A stretch of 64,000 bases of DNA from the human T2T-CHM13v2.0 reference genome, Homo sapiens. The notes beneath the pieces were generated by a model. The model did no database searches. It saw nothing but the letters and a program-made list of their open reading frames with translations, and was not told the origin of the DNA. Every line of letters starts with the position of its first letter. Positions within the stretch are counted from its first letter, which is position 1. Of this stretch, positions 46,666 through 61,900 are shown piece by piece. The translations under genes were made by a program, and so were the position numbers. The stretch covers positions 9,472,001 to 9,536,000 of the forward strand of contig CP068257.2 in NCBI GenBank assembly GCA_009914755.4, given 5' to 3'.

Positions 46666-48761
46666 ATGTGTTAAAAGGAAAAGGAGATAGCAGTGGGAAA
46701 TGGATATTTAACTTCAGTTTATGAGTTTTTATTTTAGAGTTCTAAAATTATGTCTTATACTGCCTATACAAGTGCTAGAATAGTTTCTGTATTAAGTGGT
46801 AGATATTAATATCCAAATATCATACTTACCTTCTTTGACCTTGCAGTTTAGAGGGCATTTTAATAAAGTAAACAAACACATTGATTTTTTTTAAAGGAGA
46901 CATTTTTCAGTAAAGGATGTAACTATGTTAACATGAGAGATATAGAAAAATTACAGATGGACAGACAATCCTACATAGAAACCTAAGGAAGCATTTAACT
47001 CAGACACAGAGATTGAGAAGAGTAAAGTGGGTGAAATCTGGGAAAGAGTGCTTCCAGTAGAAGAAACAGAATATTGAAGGAACAGAGATTGATGTCAAGA
47101 GTTCAGGGAAACAAACCAGAATAAGAATGTTTAGACAAAAGGCTGATGGTAGAAGGATATTGAGACTGAAAGTTATAGAGAGCACAGGCTTACTCGAAAA
47201 TTAGCAGACAAAAGAACATCTGTAAGTTCAATCATGAAGGAGTGCCAGAATTAAAGAGAAAATAAGGAAATAATAAAGGGAATCTTTTGATGTGAGCAAC
47301 CAATTGGGCTACCAACTCAGCCTGCCAGCCTGCCATTCCAGTGACAGTAGGAAATAAATGTTCTGTAAGTTATTTGGAAATTAGAGGACAAAGTAATTGT
47401 TTGTTCTATAGGTAGAGAAACATTTTTGTAAATGATAATACAGCTGTTCTACCGATTTCTCTTAATTTTCAAAATTTTTGAAGGGGTACACTATATTTTC
47501 ATGATTTCTTCATTCTGATTTCCAACTCATATTTGTTCATCATTTTCTCTTTACTTTTTAAAAAGTTGAAAGACATTCATATCACAAAATTTTCACAGGA
47601 TAATTTTTCTAGTTGCAACTGTAGATTTATGTGGATATATACAAATCTCTCTAGTGACACATCTAAAGATTAATGTTATGTTCTATTCCATAGGGAGCAA
47701 ATATACCACATGAAACATTGCAACTATGAATCTAACTAGACTGTATGGGAAACATATATTGAAAAATAAATTAAAATTATAAGTTCTATGAGAAAACACA
47801 AACATTTGAGTAAAAAAATGAGAAAGGTTTAGTGGTGCCTTCTTCCCATGTTAGAAAAAAGGATTCATAATGAACAACTTTTTTTTCATGTATTTCCTAC
47901 AATTGAGTAAAATAATAGGACTAGGTAAGTTTACTGGTTTGCATTTTTTCATCTGGGTCTGGTTTTTCATTTCAATTGTTAGCCATTGTATTAACTACTT
48001 TCACCATTCAAAGGAATGAATGATCTGCCATAGTATTTTCTGCAGTTCCATCTCTTGTTTTCAGTATCATTCCAATTCTGCATCTATCTAATTTTGATCT
48101 CTGTTCTATTTATTTTCCTGATTCATAACATTTTGCTTTGTGCTGAGCTCCTAATTGTCTCTCTGTCATTCTCAAAATTTTAGCCCTATGGTCTAAAAGA
48201 TGCCCAAAAGAATGTAGCATATTCTAGTATATCAGTGGGACAACATAAACAACTTGCTTAATTGTTAATCTATTTAAAAATGAAACAGTGTTTTTCATTT
48301 TTTCAATCAATTTAACGCTGACTAGATCCTATAACTACATTCTACTTTTTATAACTAAAGAACTCCAGAAAAATAAATGTAATAGCTTTGCTGGAAAAGA
48401 TTAACTTTACAATGCCTTCCTAATGACCTTACTTTTTTTTTTTTTTGAAAAGTGTTTTCTGGTATACAAAAATAATATTCTGAAATATCTCTCTGATATT
48501 TGATTGCCAGATTTAACCTACATACCTCTGAACCTTGGTTTTTCAGACATGCAAACTGCTTAACAAGTTCCAGTGCATTAATCAATGCACCATTCCATAA
48601 CTTAGAGTAAGAAAAGTTGGTAGATATTTCAACAATGCCATAAAATATGCTTCCATTTAACACTTTGAGACAACCAATACACTATTTATATTATTGAGAC
48701 AAAACAAACCTAAGATCACAGAAAAATATTTATTTTACTAGAATGGTATTTAAGTAGATAG

Positions 48762-49046
48762 TTTTTTTGTTGTGTTTTTGTTTGTTTGTTTGTTTTTGAG
48801 ATGGAGTCTCCCTCTGTCGCCCAGGTTGGAGTTCAGTGGCCCAGTCTTGGCTCACTGTAACCTCCCCTTCCCAAGTTCAGGCAGTTCTCCCTGCCTCAGC
48901 CTCCTGAGTAGCTGAAATTACAGGCATGCACCACCATGCCTGTTTAATTTTTGTGTTTTTAGTAAAGATGGGATGTCATTATGTTGGCCAGGCTCGTCTT
49001 GAACTCCTGACCTCAGGTGATCTGCCCACCTTGGCCTCCCAAAGTG
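48762..49046 (-). mobile_element. Alu SINE, 5'-truncated by ~40 bp, flanked by a 12-bp target-site duplication.
   Basis: T-rich tail, then gagatggagtctccctctgtcgcccaggttggagttcagtggcccagtcttggctcactgtaacctcc...cttggcctcccaaagtg. taagtagatagt at 48750-48761 and at 49047-49058. Confidence 0.85.
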
Positions 49047-49834
49047 TAAGTAGATAGTCTAAATGATTATGGGTTTCAATAGGTTTTATTAATTTGTTTT
49101 AGTTAACATACAAGAGCACTACAAAACCACATTATTTTATTTTAATTTTTATCAATAAACTTCATTATATTAAAGGCCATATTGCCCACTGAATATGATT
49201 TTGATAAGCACAACTTCTATAATTTACAACTTACTGTATATGGTCTAATATAAATTGCATTTAGCTATCCTGAATAAAAGATACGAATCCCCAAAAACTT
49301 AATATATAAAATAATTTCTACAATCAATTAAGCCACATGGGACCTGGTGTGCAAGGGCTGCAAACAGCAGCATCCTAGGTAGTGTACAGCAGCCTGTTCC
49401 TTGTGTACAACAGCCTTTGCCATTGGACATTTATGTCTTGGATCTAGTGCTTTCCCTAGTCTAGGTTTAAGACTGGATGTAGTATGCCTTTGGAAAGCCT
49501 CAGGACCCAGAGGTCAGAGTTCACGTTGGCCATGTTCATCCATACCAAGCTGCAAACCCTGGAGCATGTGATTGAGGCCTTATTTAGGGCCAAATTCAAG
49601 TTCAGTGAATGCCCAAAAAGCCACATCTCAAAGAAGTGCGATTTTACTAAGTTTAATGCATATACATTTTAAGACTTGGTGGCTGAGAAACAACTCATCC
49701 TGGATGGCTGTGGGGCCAAATATAGCCCTGGAATCATGGGCCCCTGAACAAGCAGCTAGCCCTGCATTAGAAAAGAGCTGCCCCCTCTTTACACATGCCC
49801 ACCAGTGAATTTTATTTCCTGTACATCTAATAAA

Positions 49835-49869
49835 TCTATCTATCTATCTATCTATCTATCATCTATCTA
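49835..49869. repeat. (ATCT)n tetranucleotide microsatellite, about 8-9 units with one interruption.
   Basis: tctatctatctatctatctatctatcatctatcta read directly. Confidence 0.95.
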
Positions 49870-52227
49870 AATAATTCAATAATATGAAGTAGATTAAAAA
49901 AACAAACACAACTTGTCTAACTACTGTGGATATATTTTGTCAGTTATTAACATTCCCCTTTCAGGTTAATATCAAGTCAACAAAAATTTGGAGTTCTCTT
50001 GACCCTTTCCCCAATGTGTAAATTAGTAATATAATGTCAATATTCAGACAGGCAAATAAACTAAGCTCCCTTTGATGAAAACGACATGCAGTAACGATTC
50101 CCTGCTGAGAGTCATCTTAGTTTGTGAAATCATAATCTGGAATGGCTATATCTGCAAAATACATTAAAAGAAAGAAAATATGAAAAACATAATCTACAAT
50201 ACTTTTATGTATATCTAATCATTTTATATTTCTTTTTTATTATACTACTTGAAATACATACATAAAGGATAAAGAGTTTCAACAAATCTCAAAAAGGAAA
50301 CCTAATTATGTATAATAATCTGACTGATTTTGTTTGCTCACCAAATTGAAATTGAAAAGAAAAAATACAGCACTCTATAAAAAAACAAAATGATTTCAAA
50401 ATATAATTATTGTCTCCCTTTGAAAATATAAATGTTTAAATAATGGTGAAATAGAGAACATAAACATTCACAAATATTACATATCCATTCAACATTTTCA
50501 GGTATTATTTTGTTTTGTTCAAACCTCCCCTTCTGTCATTTTTCTCTCCTTTCTCTATCTTTAGCATAACTGAGCTGCTTTCCAAACATCTATAGTTATA
50601 CTGGACATAGCATTTTCCAACTTCAAACATGGTTTTTCTTAAACACCAGCTCCAAATATTAATTCCCAGGGAAAATGACATTTTCCATATATGAGAAATA
50701 TTGGAACCAATATAACAAAACTCATTAACATTTATAACATTTGAAAATAATTTCACAAAAGTTTTATTTAAAAAAATTATATTGTAAATTTATGTAAGAA
50801 ATTCTCTATCCATTATATGACTTGTATAACATCCACAGTATACTAAGAAAATATTTTTAAAATATAGGATAATGTGTCTAAATAATAAATTTTTAAGACT
50901 GTTTAGAGCCACTATTAAAAATCTGAGAATAAGGCATGAATATTTTTTGATCTATAGAGATTATATATCAGCATGCCGGCATTGGCTTTTATTATAGAAT
51001 AAGCATTTTAATCTTCATTAACTTTCATCAATTCACTATAGAAAGCAGCTTAAAAAAAAAAGACCATCACTTTTAGAAAACAGTTAATATTTCGATGGTT
51101 TACCTGGAAGTTTACTGGGCATAAATTTATAAAATACATTTATGGATGGAAATAAACTGTTTTACTAAACAATATTACAGAATTCTGAATGGATGCTGAT
51201 TAAGCAGCAAATAAACAAAACTGTTTATTTACCAGTTTGGTGGCTGTTATGCTAATTAGATCATCTGTTTAAAATGTGTCCATATGGACAATTTTTCTGT
51301 AAATGTTTTCTTTATCTCCACATTGTGTGGTAGTATTTTCATAGAACCAACTAGAAATTAACTTAAAAATTAGTTATTTAAAGATGACAATAGAAGGTTT
51401 TGAACTTTGAGTTCCAAAAGGCAAGCAAATATTTCTGAAATAAAATATATTATATATATTTAATTTCTAATTTAATTTACATATAAAATATTTTTAAAAT
51501 TCATATGAATTTGAGATATTTTCACATTGATTGGACTGTTTTTGTACCTCATTTTGCTTGGTCACACTAAAGTGAGATTCATCATCTTGTGGCACCAAAG
51601 GAAAACTAGTGTGATTATAAGGAAATTATTATAGTTAGACAACTGTGCATTAATTTCATCATTAAGGACCAAACATGTATACAGATATAAATACTTTTCT
51701 TAATACATTACTTGCAACATATGCACAATTATGTAACAATGATGGTGAACTAAGTCTCCTAGAAATTTCCAAAATAATTTTTTTGCCTTTTTTTAACCTC
51801 TAAATCCATATAAATCAAGGGAAAATATTCTTGCACATATGTATATTTAAACATGAACCTAGCCAAAAGTAAGAGAAATTTAAAAAAGTATAACATATCA
51901 AAATGTGGAAATTTCTGTGTTTAGGGAAAAATCTATCCCATTAAGAGCTTGCATTAGAAAAGAAAAATTACCTTGAAATTATGATGAAAGCTTCCCACTT
52001 GTTATTATAAAAATGAGAACAAATTAATTCTGAAGCAATCAGAAAGAAGAAAATAATAAAGGTTAATGAAGAAATAAACAACATTAAACAGAGAAAAATT
52101 ATATAGCTAAGTAAATTAAACTAAATTTAGATCTTTGAAGGATCAATAAAATTGTTAAATCTCTGGCCAGACTAAGGAGAAAATAATAGGAAATAAATAA
52201 TTGACAAATTTTAAGAATGATAGAAGT

Positions 52228-52530
52228 GGCTGGGGGTGGTGGCTCATGCCTGTAATGCCAGCACTTTGGGAGGCCGAGGCAGGTGGATCGTTTGAGGTCA
52301 GGAGTTCCAGACCAGCCTGGCCAACATAGTGAAACCCTGTCTCTACTAAAAATACAAAAATTAGCAGAGCGTGATGGCGCATGCTTGTATTCCCAGCTAC
52401 TCGGGAGGCTGAGGCACAAGAATTGCTTGAAGCTGAGAGGTGGAATTTGCAGTGAGTAGAGATCAGGCCACTGCACTCAAGCCCGAGCGACAGAACGGGA
52501 CTCTGTCTCAAAACAAATAAACAAAAAAAA
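52228..52530 (+). mobile_element. Alu SINE, full length, flanked by a perfect 15-bp target-site duplication.
   Basis: ggctgggggtggtggctcatgcctgtaatgccagcactttgggaggccgaggcaggtggatcgtttgaggtcaggagttccagaccagcctggccaacatag...gcgacagaacgggactctgtctcaaaacaaataaacaaaaaaaaa. aagaatgatagaagt at 52213-52227 and at 52531-52545. Confidence 0.9.
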
Positions 52531-55500
52531 AAGAATGATAGAAGTAACATTTCCATTGTCCTACAACAGTTTAAGGATAACTAAATGAATACCATGATGA
52601 AATTTATAAATGTAAATTAGTTAATTTAGATTAAGTGTATAAATCCCTCAAAAGATACAAACGACTAAGGCAAGCTCAAAAAGAAAGCAATAACATGAAC
52701 ATCCCTATATATATGTTTTAAATTTATTAATAACCACCTAGATAAATGAACTGACAAATTTTACTAATATTTAAGGAGATATAATTTATACTTTACACAA
52801 AAGTTTAAGAAATAAAAAAGAGGAAACACTTTTCAACATGTTTTATGAGTCTACCATTATCCCCATACCAAAACCATAAAAAAGACATTACAAGAAAATG
52901 TCCTGTAGACAAATATGTATTTAGATGATGAATTTAAATTTCAAAAACTTCAGCAAAATATTATCCAATTAAATCCTCTCATGTCTGTGTGTGTATGTGT
53001 GTGCATGCACGTGTGTTTGTAAAATATATCATTACTAATTGGCGTTTATCTTGGGAGTTCAAGATGGTTTCCATATTCAATCTACCCATCAATGTGGACT
53101 ATGGTCACTTGAAAAGACCAGCAAATCCTCTACACAAAAGGCCACTAGAAATTCATTAAAACAGCCTTCCATCACTCTTGAAATTGACCAAAGCATTCAA
53201 CTACCTGAGAAATATTTATGTTTGGAAAGCTATTGAAATGCAATTAAAAATATCAGGAAACCTGTTTTTACCTTTTGTCCTAATCTTGCTAAATCCTTCT
53301 TAATTTTATGAGACACTGCTTCTCCTTCCACTGTTCTTTTACTTTCTCCTTCCCCTTTGTTTTTGCCTCCCCATTCCTCTCCCTTTTCTACATTCCTTCT
53401 CTCTCCTAAATGCTGTATAAATTTCTACATATATAATCATATTATTTACAAATAGGAACAGTTTTACTTATTTCTTTCCAGTCTGCATTTATTTTATTCT
53501 TCCTTTTTTTCCTTACGCACTGGATAGAACTCTAAGTATTATGTTGAAAAAGAGTGATAAAAGCAAACATCTTTGCTTTATTCCTGAGCATACATGTGGA
53601 AAACATTCAGTGTTTCACAGCTAAATATGATGGATTTTTTGTATGCTCTTTATCAAGATGAAGGAATTTTCTGCTATTTCTGGTTTGCTGAATTTTTATC
53701 ACAAGTAACTGTTGAATAGTGTCTTTTTCCCCTGCATTTATTGAAATGATCATGCATTTTCCTATTTTAGAATATTAATATGATGAATTATATTATTAGA
53801 TTTTTTAAAATATTGCAACTGTCTTGCATTTCTGGAATAAACATGGCTTGGTCATGTGTCACTTTTTTACATAGTGTCATATTCAAGTTGTTGAGGATTT
53901 TGCATCTAGGGTATATTTGTAGATCTGCATCTAGGTTATGTTGGTCTAAAGCTTTGTTTGTTTGTTTGTTTTCCTTTTCTTTTTTTTATCATCTTTGTCT
54001 TCTGTTTAAGTGTCATGCTTGCTTCATAAAATGAATTGAGAAGCATTTCTTCCTCTTCTGTTTCTCGAAAATTGTAGAGAACTCTTGTTTTTTGTTGTTG
54101 TTTGTTTGTTGTTTTGTTTTTTCTTATTTTTATCCTCATACTGAGAACCAAACAGTCTGGAGTGTAAAACATGGTTCCTCATTCCAGTTAAATCTAGTAC
54201 ACAATGACAACAACCATCTTGGGTTAAGCATTGGCCTACAAACAGAAAAAAACCTTCAGGGAGATAGATGCTGATCTAGGCATTGTGAGAAAAGCTGAAT
54301 TCATTTTTAATCATGAATGGCTTTTACGGAAAGAAGATTTATTAACTAAAATAAATAGATTAGAGGGAATTCTCATCTATGAGAGAGGAAGGGATGGGAT
54401 TCAACCTGGAAAAAATGATGAAGTTTTAGTGAACTTGGTAAGGTAGACTCAACAATTAATGATGGATAATGCTAGGACCCAACACTGGTAATGAGCTTGT
54501 ATTATGACTGAATAGCATCACTTTATCACTTTAACGCAGATGGAGGCCTAAATAACCATAGGGCAATGGTTCTTCTTAGATGCAGAAGGACACATTTATA
54601 TAATCTTAGGGACCCCATCCCTGAGGTCACTCATAATTTATATTAATTCATTGTTATTGCCATTGCCCCAAGAATAGATAAGGCTAAGACATCCCGTAGT
54701 ACAGGTAGCAGAGATATAAACTATTCTTATTCTTGTGTCTTGTCTATAGGAAGGGAGTGTATCCTGGTGTATGACAGCATATAGTAGAGACCACTGTCAA
54801 TTAGGGCCTGTGAACTGAGACAGGGTGACTGGCTAAGTCCACAACCCATTAGAAACCCAGAAATAATCAAATCATGGTGAGTAGTAATAACACTTATTTA
54901 TAATACTATACGGTATAAAGACAAGAACCAATTATGTTGAGTAGCTGTAACAAATAGCTCTATCATTCATAATAACTTTTTCTGTAATAAAACTGAATTG
55001 TAACATGATCATACTGCAATATGACATTACACTAGCATTGTTGGTAAGATTCAACTATCTTATGTAGAGAAGTTATATAATGCTTATATTGATAATCAAA
55101 TGTATTAGATATTGAGTTAAAGCCTCTTCAGAATGTAATCTGGGTGAATAATAAATGGCCTGAGAAAACAGAATTTAGCTAACCATTATCTAATTTCAAT
55201 GCTAAATAGTTCTGCACAGATTTATCAAAAAGTAAAAATAAAAGCAGATTGAGAGGAAGAATGAGTAATTTCATTTGTACAAAATATTAAAGTGTATGTA
55301 ATGGCCTTGTAGGATGCATTAGTAATTTTTAAAAATCAATCTTTACCCTACACTGTGTCCATAAAATGCTAGGCATATTCATGTTAATATTACTGTTGTT
55401 ACTGTCATATAAATGCCATATTCAATGTAGATGCTCAGAAAAATATGATTGTTTTGCTACAGGAGAGATTAGACCAGGGACAATAAATATGGATTAGGCA

Positions 55501-57526
55501 AGAATGTGTTAACTCAGCAGGCCAGGGTTTCTTCAACCCTGCACATTCAAAGGTAAGGTTTGTTTTTAGGACTAGCTAGCCTCTGAGTTCTGGAAATAGT
55601 CTTACCGTGAAGAGTGTTTTTGTATATCTGAGGCCTTGGGTTTATGGTGAACGACTGACTTTATATGCCTGAGGCCCTGAGCCATGCTGTATTTATTTGA
55701 ACCATGTGGTATCAATTTAACCAGATAACGTTTATTCTAAGATATGATTTATGCTGAATGCCTGGTTTTGTTCTAGAGGGATCATGGAAAGGAAGCTGAA
55801 TTTGCCGAGTTTTGCCACGTGGGCATTGCATGCCTATGTGATTAACCACCAATAAAAACCTGGGACATCAAATAATAAATAAGCTGCTCTAATTGCCAAG
55901 AATTCACATGTGGTTGTATGCAGCATTACTGGGAGATTGAAGTGTATCTGCATGTGATTCTACTGTGATGGACACTTGTAAGTTTGTGCCTGGAGTCTCC
56001 TGGACTTTGCCCTGAGAATCTTTTTCCTTTGTTGATATGACTCTGCATCCTTTTGTTTTAATAAACTGTAAACATGAGTATAATTGCTTCTCTGAGTTCT
56101 GAGAGTTTTTTAAATAAATAATCAAAGCTGAAGAGCAATGGAAACCCCCACCAAAACATCTTTAAACATTTCAATTTTGTATTGAAGTAAATTTTATTTT
56201 CTTTTTTATACCTCCCATATATATTCTATTTTTCCATTATTTATTTTATCCAAAATCTTTTATCTGTGATCATTTTCCTTTGAAATTTGTCTTTTGAGAT
56301 TTCTTTAGAAGGTGCTTTTGGATGATAAATTTTCTGTTATTCTTTGTCTAAAATGTCATTATTTTGACTCATTTATAAAAGGAGTTTTTGTGTTTCATAA
56401 ACCTCTAATGTATAGAAGTGTGTCTAAACTCATTGAGGATATTTTCCAAATTTTTTCCTACTTTTTATTGCTGTTGATAAGAAGTCAGTGTTGGTATTTT
56501 GACATTTAAGTTATGTGTCATTTTGTTGTGGTAGTTCTGAAGATCTTCCCTCTGTTTTATATTCTCCTTCACCTTTCATAAATGTACTTTATATTTATTT
56601 GGTAATAAATTTTGAACATATACTATGCTATAAAGATAATCTAGGCCCTTTGGTTACGTCTTGTAAATAAAATCAACAAAATCTGTTTTGAGATTATATT
56701 GTAATATAAGATACCCAAAGTAAATAGGATGTGTACCATATGTTTGAAGGTGGTAAATACGATGAGAAAAATAGATCAGGTCAGGAAGAATGAAGATGAT
56801 TGAAGGTACGGTTATGATAAAAACTTAGGTGTGCCGAGGAATGAATTCATCTTATGTATCTTGAGTGTAATGTCTTATTTCTCCTGAATCTGAGAATTTG
56901 ATGTCTTTCATTAGGGATGTCAGTAAATCTCACTAATGAATATATTAGACTCCAGTTTAATATATGATAGTCATTTTCATTCTGTCTTTCATATCACTGA
57001 ATCCTTTCTCTTTATTGTTCATTTTTATACATCTCTTAATAGTCACAGTGAATTTAACTATGTTTTACGTTATGTGGTTATTCTCACTTTAGCTATCTCT
57101 AATATATCATGAATGTGTCAGTTGTGTGTTTACTATTGTTTGAATTAAACTTTTAAATCATTTGTTTTAATTCTTACTTAATTCAAACTTGTTTGTTATA
57201 CATTCTTATAATTCCAGTATCTGGAGTTTTTCTTCATGTGATTCTTTTATCTCCCTGTTTTCCTCCTATATTCTTTTCATGCACCATCTTTCTCTGTGTG
57301 TTTTGTTTTGTTTTACTGTCAATTCCTAACTAATGGAAGTATATTTATGCAAATAATTTTAGGATAGAATTTAAATAGGGTTCCCAAAAGGATTATATAA
57401 ATTTTTTTGTACCAAGGGCCCAGGGTTATAAACAGAATGAGATCACTTTAAATTTCTGTCTTGAGGATTTTCAAGTTACACAGGTCATATTAGTGAGAAC
57501 CCCAGAAAAGGGCATTCTTTTTTTTT

Positions 57527-58323
57527 TTATATTTCACTTTACGTCCTGGAATACACGTGCAGAACGTACAGGTTTGTTAAATAGGTATACATGTGCCGTG
57601 GTTGTTTGCTGCACCTATCAACCCGTCATCTAGGTTTTAAGCCCCACTTGCAGGTATTTGTCTTAATGCTCTCCCTCCCCTTGCCCTCCACCCCCAACAG
57701 TTCCCGGTGTGTAATGTTCCTCTCCCCGTGTCCATGTGCAGAACCTGCAGTTTTGTTACATAGGTATACATGTGCCATGGTGGTTTGCTTCACCCTTCAA
57801 CTCGTCACCTACATTAGGTATTTCTCCTAATGTTATCCTTCCCCTAGGCCCCCACCCCCTACAGCCCCTCCCTGATGATCCCCTCCCTGTGACCATGTGT
57901 TCTCATTGTTCAACTCCCACTTATGAAAACATGTGGTGTTTGGTTTTCTGTTCCTGTGTTAGTCTGCTGAGAGTGATGGCTTCCAGCTTCATCCATGTCC
58001 CTGCAAAGGACACAGACTCGTCCTTTTTTATGGCTGCATAGTATTCCATGGTGTATATGTGCCACATTTTCCTTATCCAGTCTATCATTGATGGACATTT
58101 GGGTTGGTTCCAAGTCTTTGCTATTGTAAATAGTGCTGCAATAAACATACGTGTGCCTGTGTCTTTAGAGTAGAATAATTTATAATCCTTTGAGTATATA
58201 CCCAGTAATAAGATTGCTGGCTCAAATGGTATTTCTAGTTCTAGATCCTTGAGGAATCACCATACTGTCTTCCACAATGGTTGAACTAATTTACACTCCC
58301 ACCAATAGTGTAAGAGTGTTCTC
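57527..58323 (-). mobile_element. L1PA-type 3' end (ORF2 C-terminus plus 3'UTR plus poly(A) as poly-T at 57527-57537), 5'-truncated at ~58323. The 3'UTR contains an internal ~180-bp tandem duplication.
   Basis: Minus-strand ORF 57921..58148 reads MFIAALFTIAKTWNQPKCPSMIDWIRKMWHIYTMEYYAAIKKDESVSFAGTWMKLEAITLSRL... (L1 ORF2 C-terminus). The 3'UTR motifs cacgtgcagaacgtacaggtttgttaaataggtatacatgtgcc...cccaacag and a second copy gtgcagaacctgcagttttgttacataggtatacatgtgccatgg...ccctacag lie in tandem. Confidence 0.85.
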
Positions 58324-58614
58324 TTACTACACTTCCAATTTGGCTGGACTTTGAGCTTTGTCTCTGGTCCCCTGCTTTTTACAGTCCCAAGAAACATGGC
58401 CTCATCCTTATCAGGACCAGAGAATGCTCTCAAGGTAAAACCTTAATTTTCATAAAATTGTTGTCTTCTTGCCTGATCATTGTGACACTAAAGCAAGATT
58501 TTTTTAATGTTTCATCCAACTTTTAAGAATTATTTTAGTGGTAGGACTGAGCCAGGTTTCTAATCCACACTACTGCAGATAAAAAAATGACAAAAGGTAA
58601 CTTTCAAAAATAGA

Positions 58615-58989
<375 letters not shown>

Positions 58990-61900
58990 TTAAAGTTGTT
59001 AGCATAAGGAGCAATGAAAACTAAATTTCCCCTGGGAGTTACTCATTTTTCTGGGTTACAAATGAATGCCATATTATTTTTTGATGTTTAATGTAAAATA
59101 TTATTGACTGTAATAATCCAATATGATCTAGGATATTCAGTCTTACACAACATAGGGATACAGTATAGGTTGATGTACATCCGAAATTATAACACACTTT
59201 GTTCAAACACAATGCATATTACATTTTCCTGTAGCTCAAATCTGTGTTATCTGTATTATTAAGAGATATAAAGAGAGGATTCAAAATAATAGCTGAAGAA
59301 TTCTCACTAATTTTATGAATCTAGTAGATCAAAATGTTACTCTAACATTAATAATTTCATAATACAGACTGTGAGGCTTATATAAATCTGTTTCAAAAAA
59401 TGTATAGCATTCTTTAGCTTTCATGTTGTAAGACATTCAGAATATAATCCAAAATAAAGTTGTAATAAATTATCACATTTTAATGAGTATTTTAACATAA
59501 AATGTGAGCTTGGGATTATTATAAATCCAAAGACACATAAACTCAGTTTCTAAAAGATATGATTGAGGGGAAATCATGATTTATTATATCTTCATTTTAT
59601 CAAGAAAAGACACAGTTATTATTTATAATAAAAATGATTACAATGCACACATACTCTTTTGTGAGTTGCCACAGAATTTTCTATTACCGAAACCTGTCAA
59701 GTTCAACCCATGTCTAGAATATGTGTAAATAAAGGTTGATCTGTGATATTAGATATTATCAAATAAAAAATATTCTTATTGAAAAAAATGTGATTCCTTA
59801 TGACAACTTCAGGGCATCTTCTATTTGCCCCCTGTTATCAACAGGGGAAATTTTCTTTCCTACATTTCTCACTAATCATTTCTGACAAGTAGTTGGCAAG
59901 CTTAACTATAAAGGGTTGTCCATAGGGTTCTAGGTCAATCTTACCCTTTGGAAAGAAAGTACACATGATGTCTATGAATAAATGCCCTCCAACAAAGGAA
60001 AAGGACAATGCTTTACATAGTGTGTGCATAATCATTTTTCAACATAATTAGCTTACCTATTTGTGACATGATTTTACTGTCATTGCAGGTGTTTGACATG
60101 ACCCACTTTTTTCTTTGTGCCAAGAAATACAATGGATTTGTATTACATTAATACTTTAGATCATCTATAATATGAGTCAGGTTTGGTTAAAAAATATATA
60201 AAAATAAAAATCTCAGTTCTATTCGAAATACTAATGAAAGTATCTTACCAAAGTAAGACATTAGCAATGCATTTTCTGTTACTTGATATTTTGTGTGTTT
60301 GCTCATTTCAACAAGGGAAAGAGAATTAGAAAATTGGAAGAAAAATATTTAAGTAAGTCTTGTAAAATTAATTTATATATTAAATATCATGAAGTGTAGA
60401 AACAGAGTTAACATTTAAAATGTTTATAACTAATATGTAAATTTAATTGAAAGCCAACTGATTGCTCTGAATTTTTATGAGGAATAATCGCAATTGTACA
60501 GAAAATAACTGACACCAAAAGTATCTACATTTTCACATTTAAATGCAAGTGACTTTTTGTTCATTCATTCAAAAATTATGGATTATTATACTTTAGCTTA
60601 AATGTTTGTCTCCCCTCTAAAAGCCATTTTGAAACTTAATCCTCAATGCAATAGTATTAAGAAGTCAGGCCTTTAGGAGTAATTAGGCCATGAGGACTCT
60701 GTACTCATAGATGGGATTAGTGCATTACAAAAGGGCTGAAGGGAACTAGCTATTGTAAGGACACAGCATTCAAGTTACCATTTTAGAAGCAGAAACTGGG
60801 ACCTCACTTGGTGCCAAAACTGCCAGAACCATGGTTTTGAACTTTTCAGCCTCCTGGACTGTGAGAAACAAGTTTCTGTTCTTATCAGTCTCAGCTATTT
60901 TGTTACAGAAGCACAAGCGAACTGAGACCTGAGATGGGAATGTTTATGTGCTAGGTATGGAGCTAATTTCTGAATAAATAAAGATGAATACATTCTATGA
61001 CCTCATCATCTAGTGCCTGTTACAGTGACACAGTGGATATTTTTTCTTGCCTTCTTATTACTCATTTTTGCTCTCCTCACTAAATATTGAGGAAAACATG
61101 AATGCATCATCAGTTTTTCCACTGATACAACTGTTTAAGAAGTACATATGACATTATATTTTTTCTTTCTGTATTCTGTAGACTTACCTGTAAAGTCTAA
61201 GGCTAACATTGACTTTATGCTAATTAGTACTGTGTTCATTTCAGATGTGTAATATGCCTTGTACAAATATAAATAGATAAAACATTAAAGGTGCTACTAC
61301 TCAAAACACACAGGGAATAAAATATTCTATTTGAAACATCAACATAGAGTTTACAATGAGGGAAATTTTTATTCATTAGTTTAAATGGGGCAAAATACAA
61401 TAAATATTATTTGGTTAAAATAGAGAAAGTTAAGTGGAAAGATGAAATGATGAAGAGCCCAGAGAAAACTGTTCAGTTTGAATACAAATTGGGAAATTAA
61501 CACCTAACCTGCCTAGGTAGAATTTCATAGCATTAACTAAAATAATTACTTAAACTTACAAGATTTATTAGAAAAATATGAATAGAAAAATAAAATGCAT
61601 TGTTGCATTTTATGTAATTTTACTTGAAGTTAGTTGATAACATGTACATAGATTAAGTTGATTTAAATATTTTATGTACAAAAAACTATATTGTTGAAGA
61701 TTCTAACAGCTTAAAACTAAAATACAAGATAAACATTTACTTTACAAAAAGAGTAAATAAGATGAAGAATTTGAAAGAATTTAAGAATTAATTTCAGTTT
61801 CTTTTCCAAAATGTATGTGGTTAGCTTACAATGCTTTTACAATCTGTTATTTTATGAGTATGAATATTGATTTTATTATTACCTAAACATGTATTATTTT

